Source: an uncultured archaeon (GTDB lineage Archaea > Asgardarchaeota > Jordiarchaeia > Jordiarchaeales > Jordiarchaeaceae). From it: DNA of 32,000 nt. A program made the position numbers and the translations under genes. How positions within the stretch are numbered: position 1 is the stretch's first letter; the number at the start of each line of letters is the position of its first letter. The stretch spans positions 1 to 32,000 of the forward strand of contig CAZECW010000173.1 of assembly GCA_964510585.1 (NCBI GenBank), written 5' to 3'. The notes beneath the pieces are model-generated. The model ran no database searches and had not been told where the DNA came from. It saw only the letters and a program-made list of their open reading frames with translations. Shown here piece by piece: positions 24,009 through 32,000 of this stretch.

Positions 24009-25001
24009 CTAACGCCTTCTCCTCTTCATTAACATCATTCTCTTAAATAGCTCAATCCTGTCCGCCTTCTCCTCCCTAAGACTCCTACCCGTAAACTTAA
24101 TGAAAACATCGTCAAGAGTGGGACGACTCAGAGAAATATTATCTATACTCACACCAATCCTGCTCGCCTCCTGAAACAACTTGGGTATCGCAGTCTCACC
24201 CCTATCAACCGTCAACCGAATACCATCCTCCTGCGGCAAAACCTCAGTAACAAAATCCAAGGTTTTGATGTGATTCAGAAACCGCTCCCTATCATTAGCG
24301 TGCACCGTAACCACATCCCCACCCAGCATCCCCTTAAGCTCCTCCGGAGAACCAATATTCACAATCTTCCCATAATCAATAATCGCAATACGATCACACA
24401 ACTTATCAGCCTCATCCATATAATGAGTGGTCATAAAAATCGTAATACCCTCCTCGTTCAGCTTCCTAACATACTCCCAAATACTAGCCCGACTCGCGGG
24501 GTCTAATCCTAAGGTGGGTTCATCAAGGAATAGTATGTCTGGGTGGTGCATTAGTCCCTCGGCGATTTCTAGTCTGCGGCGCATTCCGCCGGAGAATTTT
24601 TTGACTAGAGTGTTTTGCCATTCAGTTAGTTCTACGATTTGAAGGAGTTCGGGTATCCTTTGTTGTATGAGGTTTTTGGGCATGTGGTAGAGTTTGCCGT
24701 GTAGTTCCATGTTTTCTCTTGCTGTGAGTTCGTCGTCTACGCTTATATCTTGGGGTACTAGCCCTATTTTTTTTCTTACTTCGTCTGGTTGTTTTTTTAC
24801 GTCTATTCCTGCTATTTTGGCTTCTCCTTCGGTTATTTGTGTTAGGGTGCATAGCATGTGCACCGTGGTTGTTTTTCCGGCTCCGTTTGGTCCTAGGAAA
24901 CCGAATATTTCTCCTTCCTGTACTTGGAAGCTTATGTGGTCTACTGCGGTGAATTTTCCGCCGTAGATTTTTGTTAGGTTGTTTGTTTCGACTATGGCCA
25001 T
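24009..25001 (-). CDS. ABC exporter ATP-binding subunit, DrrA family, 330 aa
   Basis: Walker A GPNGAGKT, Q-loop VPQ, signature FSGGMRRR, Walker B LFLDEPT, H-loop TTHYMDEA and C-terminal PTLDDVF. Confidence 0.95.
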   Translation of the reverse strand: MAIVETNNLTKIYGGKFTAVDHISFQVQEGEIFGFLGPNGAGKTTTVHMLCTLTQITEGEAKIAGIDVKKQPDEVRKKIGLVPQDISVDDELTARENMELHGKLYHMPKNLIQQRIPELLQIVELTEWQNTLVKKFSGGMRRRLEIAEGLMHHPDILFLDEPTLGLDPASRASIWEYVRKLNEEGITIFMTTHYMDEADKLCDRIAIIDYGKIVNIGSPEELKGMLGGDVVTVHANDRERFLNHIKTLDFVTEVLPQEDGIRLTVDRGETAIPKLFQEASRIGVSIDNISLSRPTLDDVFIKFTGRSLREEKADRIELFKRMMLMKRRRR

Positions 25002-25019
25002 TGTGGGGCACCGCTTTTT

Positions 25020-25440
25020 TATTTGTTATGAAAAACTTATTTCGTACTTTATGAAACGCGTTAATTGCATGTAGGTTTTTTTGGTATTTATTGACTGGGT
25101 GTGGTCTTTGTTTTTTGGTTTTTGGGGTTTTGTTGTTTGTGGGTTTTTGTTTTCGTGTTCTTTGATGTTTCTGCCATATAAGTGTTTTCGAATTTTTTGT
25201 GGGTTTTTGGGTTTGGATGTTTTTGTTGTTAGGCGGAGCGTTTTTGGTGATTTTTGGTTTGTGTTTTTGTTATTCTGGAAGAATTTAAAAGGTTTTTTGC
25301 GTATTTTTTTGTGGATTGGTTTAGTGTTTTCAAGCGGGTCGAATGAGGTTTTTGGTCCGTTTGAAGCTGTGTGTTGGTGTGAGTGTGTATATTTGGTATG
25401 GTTTGGTTTGTTGTGGATTTGAGTGTTGTAGGGGTATTTT
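25020..25440. other. Low-complexity G/T-rich intergenic tract
   Basis: 55 of 60 bases at 25081-25140 are G or T. TTTGTGGGTTTTTG occurs twice, 60 bp apart. Confidence 0.8.
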
Positions 25441-25442
25441 AG

Positions 25443-26516
25443 ATGGATGGGCAGTCTGTTTTGGCTATTGTTAGTTTTCTGCTTTATATGGGGTTTTGTA
25501 TTTTTTGTATTTATCAGAGGGATATTATGTTGATGTTGGAGTTGAGGAAGGTGGGTAAGAGTCTTAGGGAGGTTTCGAGGATGGTTAAGGAAGCCCGTTC
25601 AATGGTAATGTCTTGTTTTAGTGATAAGTTGACGGTGGAGGAGAAGGAGGAGGGTTTTGGGAAGGTTATTGAGTATTTCGTTATTGCGCCCATAGAAACG
25701 GATCCTTCGGGGGTTATGGGTCGCTTGGAGTATCTTCTTGATGTTAGTGATGAGGCTTTGGAGGGTTTGGTTAAACCGTTGGTGCCGGATGGGGATTTGG
25801 AAAAGGTGGAGAACCTTAAACAGATGTTCAGGGAGGCTGTAGTTCTTAATAGAATTTACAAAATGGTGAGGGAGATATATGTGTCGAGTAAGATGTCTAA
25901 GAGTCTTGAGACTACGATGCAGGCGACGATGAATCTGTCGCTTTTGGTTCGGGATGCTAGGATACGTTTTAAGGCGGTTAAGGCTTATGTAGATACTCAG
26001 CCTATTGGTAATGGTATTGGTCCTTTGGTGGTTGCGAAACTGTTGGGTGATTCTCGTTTTGAGGTTAGGGATGGGGTTGTTGTTTCTGAAGTGATGCATA
26101 AGGGGAGGGATTTAATATTGATTAAGCCTAAGGGTCCGGGGGCTAGGGTGAGAAATTTGGGTAAGGTTGCGGAGGCAGTAATAGAGGGGGAGGAAGATGT
26201 GGGGGGTGTGGTTATAGTAACGGCTGAGGTTAGACTTGAGGGGGAGAAATCTATTATCATAACGCCGGCGACTGGTGTTGCCTTGGTTTCTGAGCCTGAT
26301 AAGTATAGGCTGGAAGAGTTGGCGTCTCGGAGAAAAATACCGTTAATATCTTTGATTGTTAAGATGTCAAATGAGGAGTACTTCACAAAGATGAGTGATG
26401 AGGTGAGGGGTGCGGTCCCCAGAATTATTGGGAAGCTGGAAGAGTTAATGGGGGGATTCGGAAAGGGAAAGGTGGTAATAGTGGGGTCGGGAAACACTAT
26501 GTCTATAACTCCCTAG
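25443..26516 (+). CDS. DUF1512-family protein (N-terminal TM), divergent copy, 357 aa
   Basis: YFVIAP...DPSG, QPIGNGIGPLV, GPG, LEGEK, IPL..LIVK and terminal GSGNT match my recollection of archaeal DUF1512. Confidence 0.8.
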   Translation: MDGQSVLAIVSFLLYMGFCIFCIYQRDIMLMLELRKVGKSLREVSRMVKEARSMVMSCFSDKLTVEEKEEGFGKVIEYFVIAPIETDPSGVMGRLEYLLDVSDEALEGLVKPLVPDGDLEKVENLKQMFREAVVLNRIYKMVREIYVSSKMSKSLETTMQATMNLSLLVRDARIRFKAVKAYVDTQPIGNGIGPLVVAKLLGDSRFEVRDGVVVSEVMHKGRDLILIKPKGPGARVRNLGKVAEAVIEGEEDVGGVVIVTAEVRLEGEKSIIITPATGVALVSEPDKYRLEELASRRKIPLISLIVKMSNEEYFTKMSDEVRGAVPRIIGKLEELMGGFGKGKVVIVGSGNTMSITP

Positions 26517-26585
26517 TATAATTTGGAGCTTGGGGAGCTATTAGAAAAATGTGGTTTCTGAAATTTTTTCCTGACTATTTTGAAA

Positions 26586-27206
26586 TTATTCTATTGTTGG
26601 GTGGCGTTCTTTTAGGTCTTTTTCTTTGACGCCCAATCTCTCCATTAGTTCGGTTATCAAGCCGTCTAGGAACGCTAGAACGGTGGATTCAAATAGGGTG
26701 CCCAAGGGTGTTAGTGGGGAGTGTTCTCCTTTTATTTGTCTCCGGATGTAGTCGTTCTGTCCGTCTATTTTTGTTCGGCCACGGATGGTCAATACTAGGT
26801 CGGCCAATTGGGCTAGGGGGGAGTCTGGATAGGAGGTGATGACTACTAATGTTGCGTTAACCTCTTTTTTGGCGATGCGTGAGCTTTCTACCACGAGTTT
26901 TGTTGTGCCAGAGCCGCTTATGGCGATTAGTATGTCCTTTGATGTGACGGCGGGTGTTATGGTTTCTCCTATGACGAAAACTTCAAAACCGAGGTGCATA
27001 AGTCGCATGGCGAAGGCTCTTACCATTAGACCGGAGCGCCCCGCCCCCACTACAAAGATTCTTCTGCCGGATTTTAACCCGTTAATTAAGAGTTCGACTA
27101 GCTGGTTTACTTGGCTGTCATCAATTTCTTGGACTGCGTTAGATATGTTTCCACTGATTTCTAGCATCGCTTTTTTTAGGGTTCTGGTATTGGTCACCAC
27201 GCCCAC
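26586..27206 (-). CDS. hxlB: 6-phospho-3-hexuloisomerase (SIS domain)
   Basis: Motifs GAGRSG..RAFAMRLMHLG, GETITP, ISGSGTT, PLGTLFE and C-terminal RH..IE. Confidence 0.93.
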   Translation of the reverse strand: MGVVTNTRTLKKAMLEISGNISNAVQEIDDSQVNQLVELLINGLKSGRRIFVVGAGRSGLMVRAFAMRLMHLGFEVFVIGETITPAVTSKDILIAISGSGTTKLVVESSRIAKKEVNATLVVITSYPDSPLAQLADLVLTIRGRTKIDGQNDYIRRQIKGEHSPLTPLGTLFESTVLAFLDGLITELMERLGVKEKDLKERHPTIE

Positions 27207-27504
27207 CCGTGATTCTTAATATTCAATTTTCAATTTAAAAGTGACCATATATTTATACTCTACGTTTTAGATTCATGTCGAAATAATTAATGTTCTCAAT
27301 AAGAAATAGACATAAAAATGTATATATTAAATCTCGGTTTTAAACTTGTTTCTGTTTTGACTTTTCGTGTTACAGACTTGTTAAAGAATATACCGCGAAG
27401 ATATTCTATCTTGAATCGTTAGATGAACGGAGAAGTGGGTGTTTCCTCAAAATTTATATTATGCTCTTCTAATTATTGGGTTTAAGCGTTATGGAGGTAG
27501 AGAG

Positions 27505-27978
27505 TTGGCTGGTAGGCCTAAAAGCAAGTTTTTCGAAGCAGACATTTGGTGGCAGCACCAATTAAAGTTTAAAGCTAAATTGGATGGTTTTCATGAGGTT
27601 GAGATAGACGAGTTGGAGCCTCACGGAACGGATAGCGCTCCGAATCCTGCTGATTATTTTCTTTTAGCTGTTGGTGGCTGCCTTTCTTCCTCATTTATTT
27701 TTTCTTTAAGCAAATTTGATGTGAGTTTGAAGAAGATGCACGCCAAAGTTAGGGGAAAGTATACTCGTGTAAATGAGAGGGTGAGAATTGAGAGAGTGGA
27801 TGTAGTTTTGGAGGTGGAACCATCAACTGAAAGGGATCTTCAAGAAATGAAGGAGTGGTGTATTGGTGTATTTAGGAATTTTTGTATCATTTCTGAATCA
27901 ATTAGAAAAGGTTTGCCCATAGGAGTAACACTAAAAATTGGAAATGAAGAAATTGAGATTCCTCCACCCGAAGGATAA
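27505..27978 (+). CDS. OsmC/Ohr-family protein, 157 aa
   Basis: DE...HG.D.APNPADY.L..VGGC and a second Cys in FCIISESI. TTG start 6 nt after GGAGGT. Confidence 0.87.
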   Translation: MAGRPKSKFFEADIWWQHQLKFKAKLDGFHEVEIDELEPHGTDSAPNPADYFLLAVGGCLSSSFIFSLSKFDVSLKKMHAKVRGKYTRVNERVRIERVDVVLEVEPSTERDLQEMKEWCIGVFRNFCIISESIRKGLPIGVTLKIGNEEIEIPPPEG

Positions 27979-28016
27979 AGTTTTCAGCATTATGTGTTTC
28001 CAAATAGTTCTGAAGA

Positions 28017-28415
28017 TTAAACTAGATTTTTGGTGTTTTTGGAAGCGCCCATTGCTTCCTTCAATATTTCTCTGTAAAGCGCTTTTAACTTTTTGCACTT
28101 TTCTTTAATTTCTCTTTTTGTAACCGTGTGGTAGTTTGGGCATTCTTTGTCTACTAGGCAACTTTTTCTATCAAAATTTAGTATTATCGGGTAATAGGAA
28201 CATCCTTCAGGACGTGAAGAGTAAACAGAACACCCATCATTGTAAAAGAAGCATTTACCATCTATGTTTCGGAGTTGATGAAAACCCTCAGCGGTAGTTA
28301 TCGTAAAGTCTTCGCGGTTATATCCTAAGGCTTCAAGTCTAGCGATGTCTCTACTGGATAAAAGCATCTCGGTACTATGGCAGCATAATCCACACCGACT
28401 ACACTTCAATTTCAC
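28017..28415 (-). CDS. YkgJ-family cysteine-cluster protein, short form, 132 aa
   Basis: CSRCGLCC, CFFY..GCSVYSSRPEGCSYYP and a distal C...CP. Confidence 0.87.
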   Translation of the reverse strand: MKLKCSRCGLCCHSTEMLLSSRDIARLEALGYNREDFTITTAEGFHQLRNIDGKCFFYNDGCSVYSSRPEGCSYYPIILNFDRKSCLVDKECPNYHTVTKREIKEKCKKLKALYREILKEAMGASKNTKNLV

Positions 28416-28514
28416 CGCTTCCCCTTTTTTAGAAAGAATGCTTAATTAATGCTAACTTTTCCAAGGCATTCAAATTCAGAAGCATTTTTTAAAGTGCGCT
28501 AAGTAATTTTAATT

Positions 28515-29504
28515 TTAAATGCGGCCATATTTTTCAACGATCCACCTAACATATTTCCTTATCGCTTCGTCTATTCGCATAGTGGGTTTCCATCCTAACC
28601 CTTTGAGTTTAGATATGTCAAGTAGTACAAGAGGCACATCACCAGTCCATCCTTGTTCTCCTCCAGTGTAACTAAGTTGCACATCTTTAAGTTTTAACTC
28701 ATTTATTACAATTTTCGCTATGTAGTTTACAGTCACCCACTCTTCGGAGCCAATGTTAAAAACATTAAACCCCTTCTCAGCCTTTTCTGTGACATAAATT
28801 GAGGCGTCGACACATTCTGAAACATCCATGTAAGATTTTCTCTGGTTTCCATCGCCCAATATTTCAAGTCTTTGGGGGTCCCTCTTTAGCTTTTGATAAA
28901 AGTCGAAAATCACCCCATGGGAACTCCTAGGCCCAATAATGTTAGCATATCTTAGGGAAACCCCGCAGAGACCATAACACGCACAGTACGCAGAAATATA
29001 CATCTCGGAAGCCGCCTTCGCCGCCCCATAGGGACTAATAGGCTGCAGGGGGTAGGTCTCGGGAGTGGGAATAGCCTCAGCCAATCCATATAGGGTTCCA
29101 CCGCTGGAAGCAAAAACCAGATTTTGAACATTCCTCCTCCGCATCGCCTCAAGGATGTTAATCATTCCATTAACATTGATGCTAAAATCATACAATGGGT
29201 CCGAAACACTCCTCCGAACGTCATACTGAGCTGCAAAGTGAAAAACAATGCTACAGTCATCCACACAGCTTTCCACAGTTTCAAAATCTCTAACATCACC
29301 TTCAACAAACTCCACGCGACCTGTACTCAGATAGTCCTGAATATACTCAGTAGTGGAATTAGAGAGATCGTCCAGAATAGTTACATCGCAACCCATGCCA
29401 ACCAATCTGTCGACCAAGTGACTTCCGATGAAGCCGGTTCCACCAGTTACCAAAACTTTTTGGCCTTTAATATACAAAATCTCAACCCCAGAGAATATGC
29501 ACAA
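28515..29504 (-). CDS. NAD-dependent epimerase/dehydratase (GalE-like extended SDR)
   Basis: VTGGTGFIG, FHFAA, ASS, YGAAK (YxxxK) and LRYANIIGPR. The true start may be TTG 29477. Confidence 0.93.
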   Translation of the reverse strand: MCIFSGVEILYIKGQKVLVTGGTGFIGSHLVDRLVGMGCDVTILDDLSNSTTEYIQDYLSTGRVEFVEGDVRDFETVESCVDDCSIVFHFAAQYDVRRSVSDPLYDFSINVNGMINILEAMRRRNVQNLVFASSGGTLYGLAEAIPTPETYPLQPISPYGAAKAASEMYISAYCACYGLCGVSLRYANIIGPRSSHGVIFDFYQKLKRDPQRLEILGDGNQRKSYMDVSECVDASIYVTEKAEKGFNVFNIGSEEWVTVNYIAKIVINELKLKDVQLSYTGGEQGWTGDVPLVLLDISKLKGLGWKPTMRIDEAIRKYVRWIVEKYGRI

Positions 29505-29918
29505 ATAAGGGATTGGTATGTTTTAAACTTGAAGTGTGTCCATTAAAAAAACATATCCCCCTCACCGATAAAGTTCAAACTCCGATACCCCCACAATTTT
29601 TGGCTCTAAATTCGAAAATAAGGCCAATAAATTCACCTAAAGAAAAATAGAACTAATTTAAATCACCTTTCCAAGGAAAAAGACAAAAATACAACGAAAA
29701 AGGAAGCAATAAACAAAAACATTAAGACAAACACCGAAAAAACTTAAGGCATTCGGTTTCCCCTCGCAGAGAATCAAAAACCAAAAACAATACTTGGTCT
29801 ATGAGGACTTCAAGATAACACCGGAAACACTAAAAAATCCAAAAGCCTATGAAATTTAGATCTCTAAAAACAGAACCTCCCCAAGGACCAACCGCAGAAT
29901 CATTAGTAATAGGGAATA

Positions 29919-29972
29919 AAAAGGGAATTGTGCGGGGGCCTTCCCATGGTGGCGCCCACATAATTCCCTTTT
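29919..29972. repeat. Inverted repeat / stem-loop in a 1-kb gene-free region
   Basis: AAAAGGGAATT (29919-29929) pairs perfectly with AATTCCCTTTT (29962-29972) and continues into an imperfect GC-rich inner stem. Confidence 0.7.
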
Positions 29973-30039
29973 CTCCCTCCTCGTGTTAGTCGCATGGGTA
30001 AGCTTGATTTTTGTGAGAGGGAGTGATTTTGATTCTTTA

Positions 30040-30240
30040 ATTTTGGAATGAATGTGAGTTTTTCTTTAGTTTAATATTGTTCTTTTCTTATTTATACTTT
30101 TCTAATAGTTAATTTTTGCTAGATAGCCGTTTATTTTTTATTTCTTAGTGAATTATTTCTTATTTAAAAATTAGTATTTTTGGTAATAAATTTTTTCTTT
30201 TTTCAATGATTTTGGTTGCAAAATGATTATTTTTTAGGAA
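30040..30240. other. Very AT-rich, T-dominated tract
   Basis: Only 10 of 60 bases at 30061-30120 are G or C. Confidence 0.7.
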
Positions 30241-30548
30241 ATGAATTCGAGGTGATAGTAATTATTGATAACTTCCACTGTTATGTGGATCGAATAAATC
30301 GCACCAATTTTAATTAGTGCGGGACTACAAATATGAGTTCTTGTGGTATTTAAGCTACTCCTGCTTAAAAGCCGGCCTGAGATGCTCGGAGGATTGGATA
30401 AAGGAGCCTTTTAGAGATGAGGGTATCGAACTTAAGAATTATCTACTGAACTCTAAGAATTTGAATGATTTATTTGGTTCGTGTGGGGGATTTCCTAGAA
30501 GTTTGAGGGGGGCCTAAGGTTATGTGGGGTGGTGTGGGGTTAGGATGG

Positions 30549-31778
30549 TTAGCTTATTTTGAAGCTGTTTTTGATTAGTTTTAATGCTTTTTCTCCGTCT
30601 TTGGAGTGTACTAGAACTTTTATGCTGCTGGCTGTGGGGAGGAGGCTGTAAATATTGATTCCTTCCTTTGTTAAGGGTAATGTTATTTTGGATATTATTC
30701 CAGGGATTTTCACGAAATCTTGTCCTTTTAGGAATATTAGGTTTAGGTTATCGTAGCATGTTGCTGATTTTCCTATGCCTCTCTTGCTTATTAACTCGTG
30801 TACCACGTTGAATGGTTTAAGCTGGGGATTGTCGACGACTAGGAGCATTATGCACCATGATTCTAGTGTTGCGCCCAATACTTCGATTTTTTGTTTGTGA
30901 AGGTCTTCAAAAAATTGAGATAGTAGTTTTGGTTCAGTTACGTTATCTCCTATTATTGTGATTAGTTGAACCGGTTTTTCCATTATTGATATTTCTAGTT
31001 CTGGTTGACTCTTGCCCGTTATCGTTGTGCCTTCGTCGGTGATTTTTCCATTGTTTATACCTACGATACGAATCACTGAGTCGTCAGATTTGTACGCGAG
31101 GGCTTTCGACTGGATTACTTTGGCTCCCGAGGAGGATAAAATTTGGGTTTCCAGTGTGTCTAGAGCCTTAACGGTGTTTGCTTTCTCAACCTTTTTGGGG
31201 TCACCTGATTTTATGCCCGGAACATCTTTGACCAGTATTACTGAATTGGTGTTGAGGCATTTTCCTAGCAGCACTGCAGTTAAATCGCTGCCCCCTCGGC
31301 CCAGGGTTGTAATCTGACCTTTTCGATTCTTTCCTAAGAATCCACAGATTATGGGTATCCTGTTTTCTTCCAGTAGGGGGATCAACTTATTTTTTACAGC
31401 TTCCTTTGTGAGTTCCAAGTCGGGATTTGCGTTTCCGTAGTTATCATCAGTAAATATTGGCCACAACTCACTTTCTGGGTCTACTAGAACGGCGTCAACT
31501 CCTAGGGCTTTAAGCGCTATACACATGAGGCGGGCGCTTGTTCTTTCACCCATTGATAGTAAGTTGTCTAGATCGCTGGAAGCACTGGAGTTACAACCCA
31601 GCAGTTGAGCCATTTTAATTAGTTCGTCAGTTTGGCCTTTTAGAGCAGACACCACAACTACTATTCTCTTTTTAGTCTGACTTTCGTTTTTTATTAGCTC
31701 TGCAACTTTTTTAATACTAGAGACACTGTCTAGGACAGAGCCGCCGAATTTGTATACTACTGTTTCAACTTTCTCCAT
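30549..31778 (-). CDS. lysC: Aspartate kinase with C-terminal ACT domains, 409 aa
   Basis: Motifs KFGGS, VVVVSA, SMGE, TTLGRGGSD.TA, KDVPGI..GDP and GAKVI, followed by ACT-like repeats. Confidence 0.93.
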   Translation of the reverse strand: MEKVETVVYKFGGSVLDSVSSIKKVAELIKNESQTKKRIVVVVSALKGQTDELIKMAQLLGCNSSASSDLDNLLSMGERTSARLMCIALKALGVDAVLVDPESELWPIFTDDNYGNANPDLELTKEAVKNKLIPLLEENRIPIICGFLGKNRKGQITTLGRGGSDLTAVLLGKCLNTNSVILVKDVPGIKSGDPKKVEKANTVKALDTLETQILSSSGAKVIQSKALAYKSDDSVIRIVGINNGKITDEGTTITGKSQPELEISIMEKPVQLITIIGDNVTEPKLLSQFFEDLHKQKIEVLGATLESWCIMLLVVDNPQLKPFNVVHELISKRGIGKSATCYDNLNLIFLKGQDFVKIPGIISKITLPLTKEGINIYSLLPTASSIKVLVHSKDGEKALKLIKNSFKIS

Positions 31779-32000
31779 TGTAAATTACTCCAGAAAAATT
31801 TTTGTTTAGAAAAAGTTGGTCAAGTTGGGATGTGGATTTTTTAAAAAAGAAGGTTGCTATTTTAGTTATGCAGGAAAAAATAATCCATCCACATCACGTT
31901 TTCACCGCTTCTTTCCGTTACGCAGATATAATTTAAAAATTTTTCGTATTTAATCGCTTAACTTATATACCAAAAAAATTTTAATTATAAATATCCCGTT

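Noticed and set aside
24270-25011. T/H/N/R-rich alternative-frame ORFs (24270..24506, 24622..25011) and similar ones at 6735, 7083, 7335 and 25599
   Set aside because: Shadow frames over well-supported genes, produced by the extreme strand skew.
25081-25422. 113-aa F/V/G/W/C-rich ORF that looks like a membrane protein
   Set aside because: A G/T-only tract avoids stop codons and yields hydrophobic translations. No motif, and it abuts the DUF1512 start.
27385-27407. AGAATAT-N9-ATATTCT dyad upstream of osmC
   Set aside because: Short AT-rich arms are too likely by chance to call an operator.
1367-29546. Remaining antisense or overlapping ORFs in the six-frame track (e.g. 1764, 2581, 5014, 5790, 9248, 12368, 25997, 26836, 29124)
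   Set aside because: Each lies opposite or within a CDS with clear family motifs and has no motif of its own.
29948-29960. GGTGGCGC resembling the SRP RNA Alu-domain start
   Set aside because: The flanking sequence does not continue the SRP pattern, and there is no long GC-rich helix or helix-8 motif nearby.
30272-30281. ACTTCCACTG (reverse CAGTGGAAGT), a partial ORB-like word
   Set aside because: A single partial match with no G-string, no inverted partner and no cdc6 in the window.
30317-30517. 66-aa ORF convergent with lysC
   Set aside because: GTG start without a clear SD, short, and no motif. It cannot be supported, though it is not excluded.
1-32000. CRISPR arrays, tRNA/rRNA genes, transposases, integrases, terminal inverted repeats
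   Set aside because: By eye I found no regularly spaced repeats, no T-arm/cloverleaf, no long GC-rich RNA gene and no recombinase motifs. tRNAscan and Infernal were not run.

Overview
A gene-dense, AT-rich archaeal chromosomal segment. It is most likely from an Asgard archaeon, inferred from a strongly Rab-like small GTPase together with archaeal F420, RuMP and 2-oxoacid:ferredoxin oxidoreductase genes. About 33 well-supported CDSs are present: two membrane proteins, an AbrB-small GTPase fusion, a small ASCH/Zn-ribbon cassette, a divergent NPP-family and HD-family phosphohydrolase pair, a Rab-like GTPase, a LysA-like protein, NnrE-D, two YkgJ-type Cys-cluster proteins, agmatinase, an NrdG-like radical SAM activase, an AbrB-ACT regulator, a multi-TM protein, a cofE-cofD-(DUS-like)-cofC operon, korABC-type genes, an ABC-2 exporter with three permease paralogs, DUF1512, HxlB, OsmC, an NAD-dependent epimerase and aspartate kinase. 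I found no rRNA, tRNA, CRISPR array, transposase or integrase. Main leads: (1) a DUS-like FMN TIM barrel inside the F420 operon, a candidate dehydro-F420 reductase; (2) repeated same-polarity A/C-to-G/T strand-skew reversals near 5.9, 24.5 (mid-gene) and 29.9 kb, resembling local replication-initiation signatures; (3) an AbrB DNA-binding domain fused to an MglA/CvnD-type GTPase; (4) several enzymes with replaced catalytic or specificity residues (LysA-like K to A, SAMHD1-like pocket, NPP H to E, DUF1512 D to N/T). Family assignments come from recalled motifs, not database searches.
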